DNA from: Spongospora subterranea f. sp. subterranea
Taxonomy: Eukaryota
DNA length: 64,000 bases
Assembly (NCBI GenBank): GCA_049724395.1
Contig: JAUGWO010000013.1
Location: 186,001 to 250,000 of the forward strand
Direction of reading: 5' to 3'
Position numbers and translations under genes: made by a program. Of this stretch, positions 1-13,908 are shown in pieces. The notes under the pieces are model-generated. The model saw nothing but the letters and a program-made list of their open reading frames with translations, was not told the DNA's origin and searched no databases. How positions within the stretch are numbered: position 1 is the stretch's first letter; every line of letters begins with the position of its first letter.

Positions 1-603
1 GGTCGTCAACACAATCATGCCCAACTTACAGACAGCTCATCTCTCACTAACCAGACCATGTTTCGTCATTTCTCGCGCCGTCCATAAATTGAGAAATTTG
101 CTGTAGCTGCGCCAGTTTGCAGTTCGAAGCCAATGTGAACGCACCTGCCAGCGGAACTTCTCTTTTCGAGTTGAGTTGCTGGAGCCAACGTAGCTAAAAC
201 TTCTCCGGCTAATGGCGACTGCAGTCGCAACGGTAGGGACCGATTGGTGAGATTGGCGAAGCAATAGTTTGAGCCAATGTGATTTACAGGAAAGATCGGA
301 TTGGATAAATCACCTCCAGTGAAACAGATCCGAACAGTTAGTGGGGTGTATATATAGCCGGGCTGCACACCAGTACAGGCCAGTTACGGCAACAATGGTG
401 TTTGATATGGGGCTGCGCCCGACCGGGCCCGACGGTACCGGCCCCGGTCTCTGCCGTGTCCAATGGCATTTTTACGGGATCTGGTCCGATCAGAATCGAT
501 TTGATCTGGTCATTGTGGGACGAGAGGTGGGAACAACACCATGATGGAACACGGGAGAGGTCCCGGACACATATCGCCATCACAGACCCCACTGGTTCTG
601 GGC

Positions 604-1503
604 ATGTCGGCCGCCTCCGTATCACCATCGGTTGCCCATAGCAAACTGCACGCCTTGATCCAGGATCTGACAATCTCTGATAAACGCGAGGCGGCCCTGC
701 TGGCGCTGTCGAAGCAACGAGAAGAGTACCCGGATCTAGCGCCAATTTTATGGCATTCTGTTGGATCAATTGCCGCTCTATTACAGGAGATTGTCAGTGT
801 CTATCCTCTGCTTCAGAACGTATATTCGCTGACGCCAAAAGCTTCTAACCGGTGCTGTAATGCATTAGCTCTTTTACAATGTGTCGCTTCACATCCCGAC
901 ACAAGATCACATTTCTTAACAGCTCATATACCATTATTCCTCTACCCGTTCCTCAACACAACTCACGCCAAACGCCCTTTTGAATACCTTCGACTGACGT
1001 CATTAGGCGTGATTGGCGCCCTGGTGAAGATGGACGATGCCGACGTAATCAGTTTTCTTCTGCAAACTGAGATCATCCCATTGTGTTTACGGATTATGAA
1101 CACGGGCAGCGAGCTGCTGCGAACTGTCGCCACATTCATTGTGCAGAGAATCCTGTTGGATGAGTCCGGGCTGAGTTATATCTGTGCCACTCCAGATAGA
1201 TTCTACGCTGTAAGCGACGTTCTTCGTCTAATGATCGAGAGTCTCGTTAAGCATCCATCTGTTCGCCTGTTAAAACATATCGTTCATTGTTATCTTCGCC
1301 TTGCGGTCAATAGCAAGTACGTTCACCGAAGATGGTTCACTTTCATCGTAATCTGATTGTTGCTTTTGCTTAGAGCACGCGAAGCGCTTCGAGAATGTCT
1401 GCCCGCCAAGCTAAAAGATAACACGTTCGCCCAAGTTTTGAAGGACGAGACCGTTACCAAGCGCCATCTGGCCCAGCTCTTGCGCGATCTAACAGAACTG
1501 TAA
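604..1503 (+). CDS. CNOT9: CCR4-NOT complex subunit 9 (Rcd1/Caf40)
   Basis: Rcd1 motifs [64 protein letters not shown] intron at 1317-1373 joins to [11 protein letters not shown]...DLTEL*. The start may be 541 or 604. Confidence 0.95.
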
Positions 1504-1654
1504 ATCTATTCCTTAGTTTTGATCCATTTCTTTGGATCACATATATTATATCCACCGGGATTGTGCTCCCGGTGTCTCGCTTTATTCTTGATAAATGCCC
1601 ATTCACTTAACCGGACTGTCGCAGTTCGTCTAAATGGAAAATACATGAAATAGT

Positions 1655-3325
1655 TTATCGTCCTGCCTGTGCCATCTCAAATGGCAGTGCTGGCCGTTTA
1701 AAATGTTTTGATTTTCGGAAATCAGCAAAGCTCAGCGACCTTATCAACGACCTTTCTAATTCTTTCGATAAGGGTTCTGTATCGGTCGACTTCCACGGTT
1801 TCTTTCGAGATGCCGACAAAATGATAACCGATTCCGATGAGTCGCTTCGTAATTTTCGGCGGCGTCTCACGTTAAAGGACCTGCAGGTGACGCGTTGATG
1901 GGTGACGATTGGATCGCAGATGACGGTATCGATCTTGAAGGCGGCCGAAAGCGCCCGGTCCTGACTATGCGTATCGCCGATCTCAGCGTACACGCTCGCC
2001 ATACAATGCAGCGTCTTCATCATGCACAACGAATACGAGGTCGAATTATCCGTCAGACATGATATTAGACTGAAGTCGACAATCAGAAATGGCAAAGACA
2101 ATCTGAACCCAAAAAATATTATCACCTGAGTGAAGTTTTCAACGAGCGCAATGCCTTCTGAGGACGTCGAACGTGAATATAAATTGATCCAAGAACAGTT
2201 AAATGATTACAGAATGGAGCTAGGACATAGGCGGCGCCAAAACGTACGAGATGTTCAGTGAAAAACTCTGCGAGTGCCTCCCCTTGTGATACTAACACCA
2301 TCGCCCAACATGTTGATGGCCGCGATCCTTTCCACAAATTCCTCGACTCCCAACACCGTTCAATCGCTTTCGCTGCCGACACTAACGGCTCTGGGGATAT
2401 CTCGTCCCGCAACTTCCTCCTGACGCTCTGAAGCAGGCGGACGCAGCGATCAGACGTGATCCCTTGGCATGGTTGGATGGCGTGAAGGCCCTCTAGCGCC
2501 AATAGGTGTCGCACGGCTGAGTCACTGCACTCTCCGATACAGGACAACAGCGGTTCGGGGGACGACATCGTCGAGAGCGGCGACGGCGGCCACGAACTGC
2601 TTCCGAGCTGGGGTCATATGGCTGTAAGATATCGACCAGGGATCAACACCCGATGCCAACGATTCACAAGCCCCATTCCCTAGTGAGATGGCGCCAGTTA
2701 TCAACTGGAGTGTCTCATGGGTGATTGGACCGGCCGACAATAGGATAGCCCGTTTTTGGGCCAACGTCAGCGTATCGGGAAGATGGGCGATGGCGTCAGC
2801 ACCGAGATGGCGACAAGTGAAATACTCGTAGAATAGGTCGGTGAAGGATATGGGAAGCATATCGGAGGTGATGACGATAAAGGAGACGTTTCTGGACGAT
2901 AATGCCTTCAGCAGATGATGCGCATGATCATGATCGTAATGGAAATTGTCCAATATCACTAGGGATTCATTGCTGAGTAGGGCGAGGAATTCGTCAATCA
3001 CGTTGTCGACCTGAGCTGTTTCACGTTTGTCGGCAAGTAGCGACTCCAATGATCGCAGAAAAGCAGCGTATTCATTGGAGAAATTTAAGCGGAAGGCGAC
3101 CGAGAATGTGCTCTGTGCGACAATAGATTCTGCCAGGTATGATTTCCCAGTCCCTGGTGCGCCCTGAATCAAAATCCGGGAGGATTTCCGTCGCTGCATT
3201 TCGCGTCGTCGAGAAATTTTGACATGACTCCCCGGATTGACTTTGCAGACAGCGCGAGGCGTCGCGGATTTCGGTGTTCTTCCACAGCCGATTATTACAC
3301 CCAATGCTGATTGCCAAAACCCCAT
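1655..3325 (-). CDS. P-loop NTPase (STAND/NB-ARC-like) with C-terminal TPR-like repeats; frameshifted as assembled
   Basis: Walker A ILIQGAPGTGKS, Walker B LVILDNF, FIVITS sensor-like segment, and TPR-like helices VLGSIYIHVRRPQKALRSL and TLHCMASVYAEIGD. An extra base in the G5 run at 2557-2561 splits DDVVP/EPLL. Intron near 2070-2125. True start uncertain. Confidence 0.6.
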
Positions 3326-4487
3326 CTGTGGTCACTGGTCCAGCGATGGGCACAGTCGACAGTTGAACCATGGGGGGTAGGCCGATGGGTGTCACTAGAG
3401 TCCACGGTGTGTATCTGACCGGTCACGTCAGTCAGTCACATAGGGTCATGGAGGGGACCCCTCATGGCGAACTCACTACTGTACACTGCCATGGACCGGC
3501 GCCATCATAACGATTTGGTCAATGGTTTCAATACCAATTTCTATTTGTGAATAGGAGAGATGAATGACGCTTTGGAACCCGACTGGAAGACTGCACCGCA
3601 TTAGATCTCTTCTCAACACCCAACGTTGATAATTAATCCCAATTCTCAACTCATACGGAATTTGTTGAACTATAATTCTAATGACTAACGGTATGTTTTA
3701 TGAGTCTTTTGAAAAGTACAGTAGTACTGTAAACGGAAGTTATTTTGAGTTCTATTGACGTTTGATCCGCTTGATTTTTGGCCAAAACCCCCATTCACAA
3801 AGGGATGGGCTCGAAAGCATCAGGTTACACATCCACCAGTGCACCTTCAACTCATTGATACCGGGAATGTATGCATTAGAATGCGACTTGTTCTGATTCT
3901 TGTGTGAGAGGTTGGTCAGCTCCTGCCCCACTTTTCTCCCTCGACATATTCTCCGCTTGACGATTGCTCGACTACAGATATGTCAACTGCAGCATGGAAG
4001 GGTGTGCGACATGGCGTCTGGACAATACTTGACAGCAGGTGTGCCTAATTTATATGGTGTTCGAAGGGTCATGCAGCGGAGAAACCAATGTCAAAACAAA
4101 TTCAGCCTTTTGCAACAAGGCGTGGGCAAATAACGGACAACGCGGAACACCTGATTTGATATGTGATCATTGTTCTGCTGCTTTTGTGATTACGTCAATA
4201 CGGTTATAAGAAAAACATTGATTGTTGGAACAACATTCAAATTTTTCCTGATTGGTGTTACCTCTTTGAGGTAAACAGTTATGTTCAGGTATTCTGAATC
4301 CAACGGTTGAAATACGGCACCAACATCGTTGATGTATGAAGCGAAAGCAATAAACAAATGGCAATGTACGAACGGATACTCTTTTCATTCTTCACCAATT
4401 TGCTGTAGATAAATCTGGTTTTACAAATAAAAATAATAAATTTACTGGCGGAATATCAGGTCAAAGAAGATATTGTTATCTGAAGAG

Positions 4488-5226
4488 TTACGTGAACAGT
4501 TCTGGGTTCGTCCAGTCTTGATCAACACTAGCAAGATGCTCTTCGATATCTGCAACAAGCTTGCAGCGCGACGGGGTCTGATAAAAGTCGCGAACATCGT
4601 CAAACACACGATCGGAATCGGCGACTTGAATGGAAACGGGACAATCACATACGGAAGCCTTGACAGACGAATACTGGTACGCCTGAAGCCAAGTCAATTC
4701 AAGAACGACATGAAGATTAAGTCGAACTAACAAGAAGAGCGGGCTTGTTAAGATTTTCATGATGAATCGCAAAACTATCGATCTGTGATGCACTTTCAGC
4801 ACGATAATAAAAACAATGCTGATGAGTACCATGATGAGAACAACTTCAGAGGAGTGTTCTTTGATTACGCTAGCCAATGATTTGGCATTAGCTCCTATAG
4901 ATATATCGTCATAGAGCTCATTTCCTTCGTAAACGCCCAGGATTTCGACATTCCTATTTTGGCATTCTTGTGAGATCTGATAACACAGCAATCTATCAAG
5001 AGCGTCAAAATCGAGCAAGAAGATGACAAACCAGCTCAAATCCAATCGATAATAACGGCTCAGGAGGATATGAATGAGCCAACGGGAAGCAATCTGTAAT
5101 GGTTGTACCCGATTTATCATGCTTCCCGGCTAAAAGGCCAAGAACAGGTCGCTTGGCGTGTTTTAGCGCATGGGCCATCATCATACGATATGGTCGTCCA
5201 TCCATATCCACCGTATTCCCGGTCAT
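4488..5226 (-). CDS. EMC8: ER membrane complex subunit 8/9 (UPF0172, MPN-like)
   Basis: YRMMMAHALKHAKRPVLGLL, ITDCFPLAH, ILGVYEGNE and C-terminal VADIEEHL..DWTNP match the EMC8/9 pattern. Spliced. Confidence 0.85.
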
Positions 5227-5355
5227 TGTCAATCCAATTGACGCTGGTCGACGACGTTTTGACCAAGGACCTTGTCCGTGCCAGAGGCCGCGTACTGTAT
5301 AGTAAAAAACACGAAACTTTCTGTTTGGATATTATGAATCAGGCGATTGAGAATG

Positions 5356-6682
5356 TCATGAATGCGTTTTAATCAATGGTTTGGCGCTTCTAAGATCGGA
5401 CAGTTTGACGCTAACTGGTTCAGCTGCAGAATTACCGGCAGTTTGATACATATACAAGGAGACGGAGACCATGACGATGGCCAAGAGTAAGGTGGCGCGC
5501 AAAGGTACCCCGAATAGTATGTGCTGAGCGACGGCAATCACCACCATCTCAGCAAAGTTGGCATACTCTTTGATCAGAACGTCGAGATGTCGCAACAACA
5601 ATGATGTGCACACGCCTCCGAGACCAGCGGCAATGATGATGGGAACCACGTTCAGATCAAAATTTCTAAACAGTGTTCCTGATGCGATCAGATCTGGGCG
5701 AAAGCATATAACGGCAACAAGGTTGAACACAATCGACCAGAAATAAAGAAAAATGTTCTTGAGCCACATGCCCATTTCGCCTACAGAGTGGTCTTTTTTC
5801 TGTAGAAGCCACTGAAAGTAGACACTTCCAAAACTGGAACAAATTCCCTGTATGGCCATCATAATAATTGCCACCGGGCTGCTGTCCAACGCGAAGGTAT
5901 CACTTTGTTCAACCACGCAGGCGAATAGCAGCAGGAGCAACGCTAGCCATTGTCGAACGCTCAGCAGCCTCTTGAAAAAGTATTGAAGTAAGACTCCCGA
6001 AAAAATTATACGAGAGTTGACCAAAACACGATATGTAGCTGGGTCCATTAGCCGAAGATTAACAAACGCTAAACCTGAGATAGAGAAGTAAACTCGAAAC
6101 CTGATTTTGATCAGCCAATAGCAAACTACCATTATAAAGCACATAGATTGCGGCGGGAACGATAAGGAACAACCCATTCCGAAAATCTGCAATAATTAGA
6201 CCCTTTCTCTCTACCAAACTTCCTGATGCTTCTTGTGACCTATTAGCAGGAAATTATTAGGCCGTGTCACTAAAGCATTTTCTAGTTTTACGTAAACAAG
6301 TAGACACCCAGAGCAACAATTAGCTTGAACGTCTCAATCGATAAAGTAACAGCTAGAATCTATATCAAATCCATCAGAAATATAAACTCTTCAATACGAT
6401 ACGCAAATAAGAATTGTATTGGGAAACTACCTAAGGAACAACGATCGAGAAAAACAAAGCCATTTGTTCAGAAAACAACAACAATCGGCTGATATGGTAG
6501 CGACAAACCTCGTAGGAATATTTCCCTTCGGTGAGCGAACCAGGATCACCTTTGCCCACCGACGCCTTGATCAGCAGCGCTTGTGCCGACCATAACGTGA
6601 TGTACGCTATGACATAGGCGATGCGTCTATCTTGTAATCCTCGCAATATTCGTTTGAGTTTGACGCCTTCATGACTGATCAT
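5356..6682 (-). CDS. Nucleotide-sugar transporter, SLC35A family
   Basis: MDPATYRVLVNSRIIFSGVL, LSVRQWLALLLL, SSFGSVYFQWLLQK, LLRHLDVLIKEYA and multiple TM helices. 5' exons near 6200-6682. Confidence 0.88.
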
Positions 6683-7023
6683 GAAGTCGACCTCTTTGCC
6701 AACCTATATCAATAAAGGGGGAATTAAACTTACAAGGTTCGGCCTGATATTATCTGCGGCCATTAATATGTCCTCCGAGACCACCTGTGGTTTAGTTTGT
6801 CGTCTACAGTACTTACGCTACTGGTGTACTGTGAGGCCGAACCTTGTACGTGTTAGGTTGGAAAAGAGGTCGACTTCATGATAAGTCATGAAGGCGCTAA
6901 ACGCAAATCGAATATTACGAGGATTACAACATAGGCGCATCGGCTATGTCATAGCGTATATCACGTTATGGTCGGCACAAGCGCTGCTGATGAAGGCGTC
7001 GGTGGGCAAAAGGCGATCCTGGT
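6539..7023. repeat. Inverted duplication of the SLC35A first exon
   Basis: 6539-6706 is the reverse complement of 6854-7023 (about 90% identical by eye, with small indels). 147-bp spacer. Confidence 0.92.
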
Positions 7024-7084
7024 AATTCCGTGACTGCCAAACGAACTCTTAAGAAATCCAACAAAATAGAACCACAAGAGGTTT

Positions 7085-7309
7085 TTGGGGTTTCGTATCA
7101 CAGAATCTACCGAAGCCCGATTTGTTCTTGAAGCCAGCAGGCGAAATGATCTGCTTGCCGAGCAAAACCGCATCGCGATCTTTGCCATTGACATGATTGC
7201 GATGGATGAAACAGGAAAGCGTTTCTTCCAGATAAAACGTCAATCAGAGATGGCGAAGCTTGTCACAGAGGCAGAAGAATCAGGTGTCTTTTTCCACGAT
7301 GCTGCCTAG
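7085..7309 (+). mobile_element. Fragment resembling the C-terminus of a Harbinger Myb/NAM-associated protein
   Basis: QNRIAIFAIDMIAMDETGKRFFQIKRQSEMAKL resembles the NAM-associated C-terminal motif (IM..D...MD...R.YF...R.EI). Confidence 0.45.
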
Positions 7310-7768
7310 GTGTATTAATAAATTGTCCAATATTTGTTTCAATGGTGGGCTGAAGTATGCCAGTTGTGTTCAATGAGATCTGATTGCCTTTGAAAATATG
7401 TTGTTTTGTCACGAGCTTCGTGCATTGAACTGATGATGGCGGTCAACGACCTAGGGTGAAGTTCAATATCTGTAGGCTCTTCAATGGTAATCAAGTAGTC
7501 AGGCTGCTTGTTGATGGTGACGAACACGATTGCGAGTTCCTGCAGCACCGATATCGTCATCGCAATCTAAACAAGATTCTTCGTTTCCCCTGTCGTCTTC
7601 GACTATCATATTGTGAAGAATAATGCATGCAGTCATGATAGCGTTCAGTTTCTTAGTGCTCCAACCTCAACCCGGGTTCCTGACAGTGGCAAAACGGGCC
7701 TGCCGAACGCCGAATGCCCTCTCGACATCTTTTCTGCAAGATTCTTGCAGCATGGCAAGAACCTTTCG

Positions 7769-7846
7769 TCAGTTGCCGGATTTTGGGTTTTGCAGTTGTC
7801 TAGCCGGTATCTCAACTGGCGATCTGACCATACATGATGGGGTCAA
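7769..7846 (+). repeat. Dispersed copy of the 5' coding end of the PA-7TM gene
   Basis: 75/78 identical to 16819-16896. Confidence 0.93.
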
Positions 7847-8480
7847 AAGCTTGTGAGTTTATTTGTGTTTTGTACGGGACGTTACCGAGAAGTAGTATGT
7901 TAAGGTGGAGTGTGAAACGTTTTTACTGAGGAATTTGTCTGGTTTTATTGCGCACATGTTTCACTCATGAGTCATGTATCATGAGTTCGTAACGTGTTCT
8001 GCCAAGCCCCATCAGTGATGTGGTAGGATGGATAAAGTCAAGGCAAACCGCAACCCAGTTGGCATGGCCGACGCGCAAGACAAGACAAGGATCAGGTGCA
8101 ACTTCCGTTCAACCCCAGCGCAAATCGAATGGCATTTGGTAAGCCAAGAGTTTCTACGCAGGTTTAAGAGCCAATCCATCCAGAGTTGAAGTACGAGTCG
8201 TAGACCTGAACTCTTCAAAACAGGCTTCGAGCTAAGGGAATATTGACAGTTGAACAGACGCTAGAAATCATGTGCTAAACTTTATTTTCTGCTAAAGAAA
8301 GACACAACGTTTCTCCGATTTACAAAGTCAATTTCCGAACTCCAGGCCCAGGATTTCGTCCCTCGCAATTGCCATGGAATCTTCGTTGTCGAGAACTGTA
8401 TTGACACCGGGGGTTCACCCGTCCAAAATCAAGATGGAACGAACCATCAGACGACGACAGCGACGTTCGTCAGAAACGGC

Positions 8481-9278
8481 TCAGAAACGCGCACCAAAGC
8501 AAGCGAGCCGCTTTCTGACAAACGTGTTGAACGCGTTTATCGTCGTCTGCATCTTGAATATGGGCAGGCTCCTGGGGCCAGTCCAGTTCTCGACAACGAC
8601 CGCGCCAAATTCCTTGATGAACTCATCGGAAAATTCTATGACAATTGCCAGGCACGAAGCCCCTGGTTCTGGAGCTCGGGAATAGACTTTGATAAAACGG
8701 AGAAATGTTTTGTCTTTTCCCAAAGAGTTCTCCAGCATAATTTGATTTAAACACATTGTTTCCAGCGCCTACTCGAAACAGTGATACTCCCTTGTCGCGA
8801 TCATTGTCCTAGACGCCCCAGCCCGTCCTAATCAGTGGATTCCGTCGCAACTGAAATAACGGTATTATCTGTTTGGTGAATGTGGGCTCGCTGATCATTA
8901 CCGGATTCCTCATAAACTGTTCGTTCAAACGAGAGTCTATGATGTCGGTGCCAATGGTGTTCGTGTAATCGATCTGATGTGTTTTCGTCATGAGCATTCA
9001 CCTCACAAAATATCATCTTGAAACACAGTTTGCAGTGGCCAGAATTGGGTTTGGTGCATGGTGGTCATCCTCCCTGGCCTTGAGATGGTATATCGAATAG
9101 CGGCGGGGTCTTTCCAACAATTAAAACCCCTCCGCAATCGCTCCGAATCGTGAGCCGTCAATTGACGAATGAGCGATTCTGTCTGGTCTTCAACAGGATA
9201 ACAAAAGGTTGGGTCCGTCAATATCCCGTCACTGATTAGCACATCATGATCTGGCAATTGGTCACAATACGTCGTCAT
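8481..9278 (-). CDS. Hypothetical or degenerate coding region
   Basis: Consecutive protein-like minus-strand ORFs (9003-9287, 8809-8997, 8481-8756) with a plausible GT-AG intron. No family recognised. Confidence 0.25.
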
Positions 9279-9286
9279 TGTGATCA

Positions 9287-12200
9287 ATGGACGATCAGCG
9301 AGTTGCCCAACGAGTTCTCGTCATCCTAATCGGTTCGTCACTGATCTCACTGACGATCTTCACCTGTCTTCCCATCCGATTGATAACCGGCCGATATCCC
9401 GGCCGGGCCTTCACGTATTCTCCCCCTTCTGTCGTCAATCGCCCGTTTCCCAAACACAGATCACGCCCTGTTCTAGGGGATATTCTACAATTAACATATC
9501 ACTCACCCACCAACATTTTCAACGTTCGATCTCTGACCGCCATTCACCGAATCGAATCGCGTGTTCGATCGCAACCAGGATGTCGAACAGACCAAGCCGG
9601 CAACTGTCTACTTAGCGATTCCTCCCTTAACTATCTGTTCCCATCGAGAACCGAATCTGCCATCAAGTTCAACGGGGAAGGCGATCTTGTGGATATATCC
9701 ATAGGCCCATCGGTCATGGCGTACATGGGACGATGTGGGTTTTTCGATCGGGAGTTCGGGGTCGATCGACCCCAATCGTCAACGATCACGTCCCTATTTC
9801 AGTTCGGTCTGCCGTTGGACGGATTTCAGGACGCCGACGATCGACCCGTTCAGCAACGGGAACTGTTGGCCGCTCATCTAACCGAGTATATCGCCATCAT
9901 TCGGTCAGTTCAAGCCCCGTTTTCCGTCTCAATTGAAGGAGGTCATACGGTTGCCAGATCCGTTGTCGACGCGCTCATTGACGACCAATGGTTTCTCGTG
10001 ATATCGTATATATCCACAGTGGTGATTGTTATCGCCATGGCAGTAGTGTTTCACCTCAGGGGTGCTGTTCTGCTTCAGATCGTGGCGCTGTCAATGATGG
10101 CCACGATCCTGTCAATTACCCCGTTGTTAGTGCTAGTTCGGTTATTGGGTGAAGTTCGTCATCTGACCGGGATCATGTTCGTCTGGGTCACAATCGCCAT
10201 CACTGCAGTTCGTGTCGCCTGTCTCATCTCCAAATGGATCAGCATCTCTCCGTTCGGTCTGGATAACCGACGATTGGACGAACGGAGTCGGGTTCGCGTT
10301 GTTATCGCTGACGATGTTTGTCGTCCTCCAATCATGTTGGTGACGATATGTTCGGGTCTTTCAATGTCATCTCTCCCCGAGATTCGTCATCTCTCGTTCA
10401 CTATTCTGCTACTCTCACCGTTATCCGCAATGTTCGCTTGGATCTGTTCCATCGCTCTATTAGCCCTACTAGATCGATCCTTTCCAGGTTTTAATCGCAA
10501 ACGTCACGAGATGGTTCGCCACAGATGGAATCGTCTGCTGATTTTAATCAACGACAGAAAGCGTCGAGCGCGTCGTCGCCGTCTCCACAAATACTGTAGA
10601 AAAAAGGACCCATTGAATGATTTATTGGATTCGCTGATGATGCTGCCGCGAATAAGGAAGGTGAGGTCGGACTCTCCTATTCCTAAACCAATGGCGATGT
10701 GGATCGGGTGGTGGCAGATTCGCCATGTCTTGATATCCATCATAACCCTGTCCGGATTACACCTGGTCCTGGCGTATGTCGATCGGCCCAACACCCATGT
10801 AGCGCCATACCCAACTCTGTCCACCATCGAACTCCTATCCCATCTCCGTCGCTATCATCGCCCCAATTGCTCATCGTGCACGTTCCAACCTGATCACCCC
10901 CAACTCGACATCTCATCCCCTCATCGTCGTCCGATCAGTTCATATTCCACATCTGATTTTTTGGCAATTCCCGGCGCTCCACAGAAACTCATGATCGATG
11001 TCGTCGGTCCATCAACAGTTCACTGCGTTTGGACGCGATCCCCATAATCGGCGCGTCTCCATTGCGCCATTATCTGATCGAATACATTCTACGCCCTGAC
11101 CGCCAACACCAGATACAAAATGTGACCAATCCCAGGACCAGAACCGCCCTGATTGGGGATCTGATTCCGGGTCGGGAATACGAGTTCACAATACGGGCGG
11201 TGAATGACCATGGCGCTAGTCTAGACAGCCAGCCGGTACTGGCCCGTATGTTGAGAATTGGGGAACAGCTGGCGATCACATCATTACGAGCAGAGTGGGA
11301 TAGGAAAAGCGATCTGATTAAGGTGTCGTGGAATCGTCAAAGGGGTGATCGGATCCATTATCGACTGGAGATGGGGTCAACAATGATCGGCCAACCGTTC
11401 CCGGGTAATCAGACCGTGGTGTATACCGGCCCAGACCTGTCCAAGACGATCAGACCACGAGGGCCTTGCCTCAATCAGTATAGATATCGGTTCCAGATAT
11501 GGAGCGTGAGAAGGAACGAGACGATATCGGGACCGAGTGATCCTGTGCACCTATCGCCTCCCCCTCGATCACCATTGCGACCGCCGCCACCCAAACTGAT
11601 CACCCAATCGCCAACGATTATATTGCTGATTAAGCGGCCTTTGTGCCATTCTGAGCGAGACCAGATCGTTATCTGGAAGCGGTGCCGGTCTGAGCAGTGG
11701 CCAGATCTATCGCCATGGATTCAAGGAGTGTTCAACCGATCTACCGACGAAGGTGAAGTTTATGAAGAGACGGACACGGCTGTCGAATATCAATATCGAT
11801 CTCAAGGCGTGAACGGGGCCGGAAAAGGTGATTATTCACAGGTGACGACGGTGCTGGCGATGAACGCCGCGCCAATCGCTACAGGGTGTGGGAATTGTTC
11901 AGGACGCGGTGCTTGTGTCAACAGTGTCTGTGATTGCCGAAGCGGGTGGACAGGAAGGCGATGTGAATTGCGAGACGAAGGCGCGTTTCACCAAGCCCAG
12001 GACGATATTACCATGCCCGATATTGGCCACTCAAAAACCGAGACCGATTACGACAATTTCGACTCTAATTATGAGCTGGGAAAGGTGATCGGAGTGACAG
12101 TATTTGTTGGTTTCGCTATGAAGGTCATGTTCACAGCGCGATCATTAACAAGACGAAACGTTGAGAGAATGGGGTGGATGATGATGATCTCGTTGATTAT

Positions 12201-12561
12201 GATTGGGACGGCGATTGAGTTCCTATGGGCGATAGACGCCCCCGCCATCGTTGCTCTAACCGTCGTTATCGGGGCCGTTTATGATCTTGGAGTATGCGAT
12301 CATGAGGAGAGTGTTAATATTGAACGGTCTAATTCATATGCGAAATCATCAGTGATGATGGCGGTGGCGCTATCAGCCATACCGTTAATCATGACTGAGA
12401 TTGGTCTTTGCCAAGGATTCGGTCGGGTCCTCTGTATATGTGCAGGTCTGGCATCGGTCCTGATATTTATCGCTGATCGCATCATCTACTTCTCGTTCGT
12501 TATAACAAAGACCCTCGATCATATAAAGATCAACCGTCATCATAAACCAAATCATTCCTGA
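9287..12561 (+). CDS. Dispatched-3/PTCHD2-like RND membrane protein with FN3 repeats and an EGF-like domain; split by a 1-nt frameshift
   Basis: N-terminal TM, NIFNVRSLTAIHRIE and SLFQFGLPLDGFQDADDRPVQQRE (DISP3-like loop), TM cluster, FN3 motifs (LIPGREYEFTIRAVNDHGAS; YQYRSQGVNGAGKGDYS), EGF CSGRGACVNSVCDCRSGWTGRRC, then C-terminal TMs. Adding one C to the C4 run at 11040-11043 fuses the two ORFs. Confidence 0.72.
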
Positions 12562-12795
12562 CACTTTATTTGCCATCACGAATCATGGCCAACATCCATC
12601 GCGTTAGGGCCAGCGCCATCCGTGTGATCGCAACCCATCGCACGAGTGACGAGTCCCTTGTTGAGTACAGTATGGTGTACTGTAGCGACACTGGTCTGAC
12701 ACCAATGTGCCAATCAGCGCCATTCAGTGGGATATTCAAATCTTCTATTTTTCTGAGAGGTGGTCGACGGTTTCCGTGGTCGACCCTGTTCCTAA

Positions 12796-13908
<1,113 letters not shown>

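Noticed and set aside
37..769. Short ORFs upstream of or antisense to CNOT9
   Set aside because: No family motifs; they overlap a bona fide gene or its promoter.
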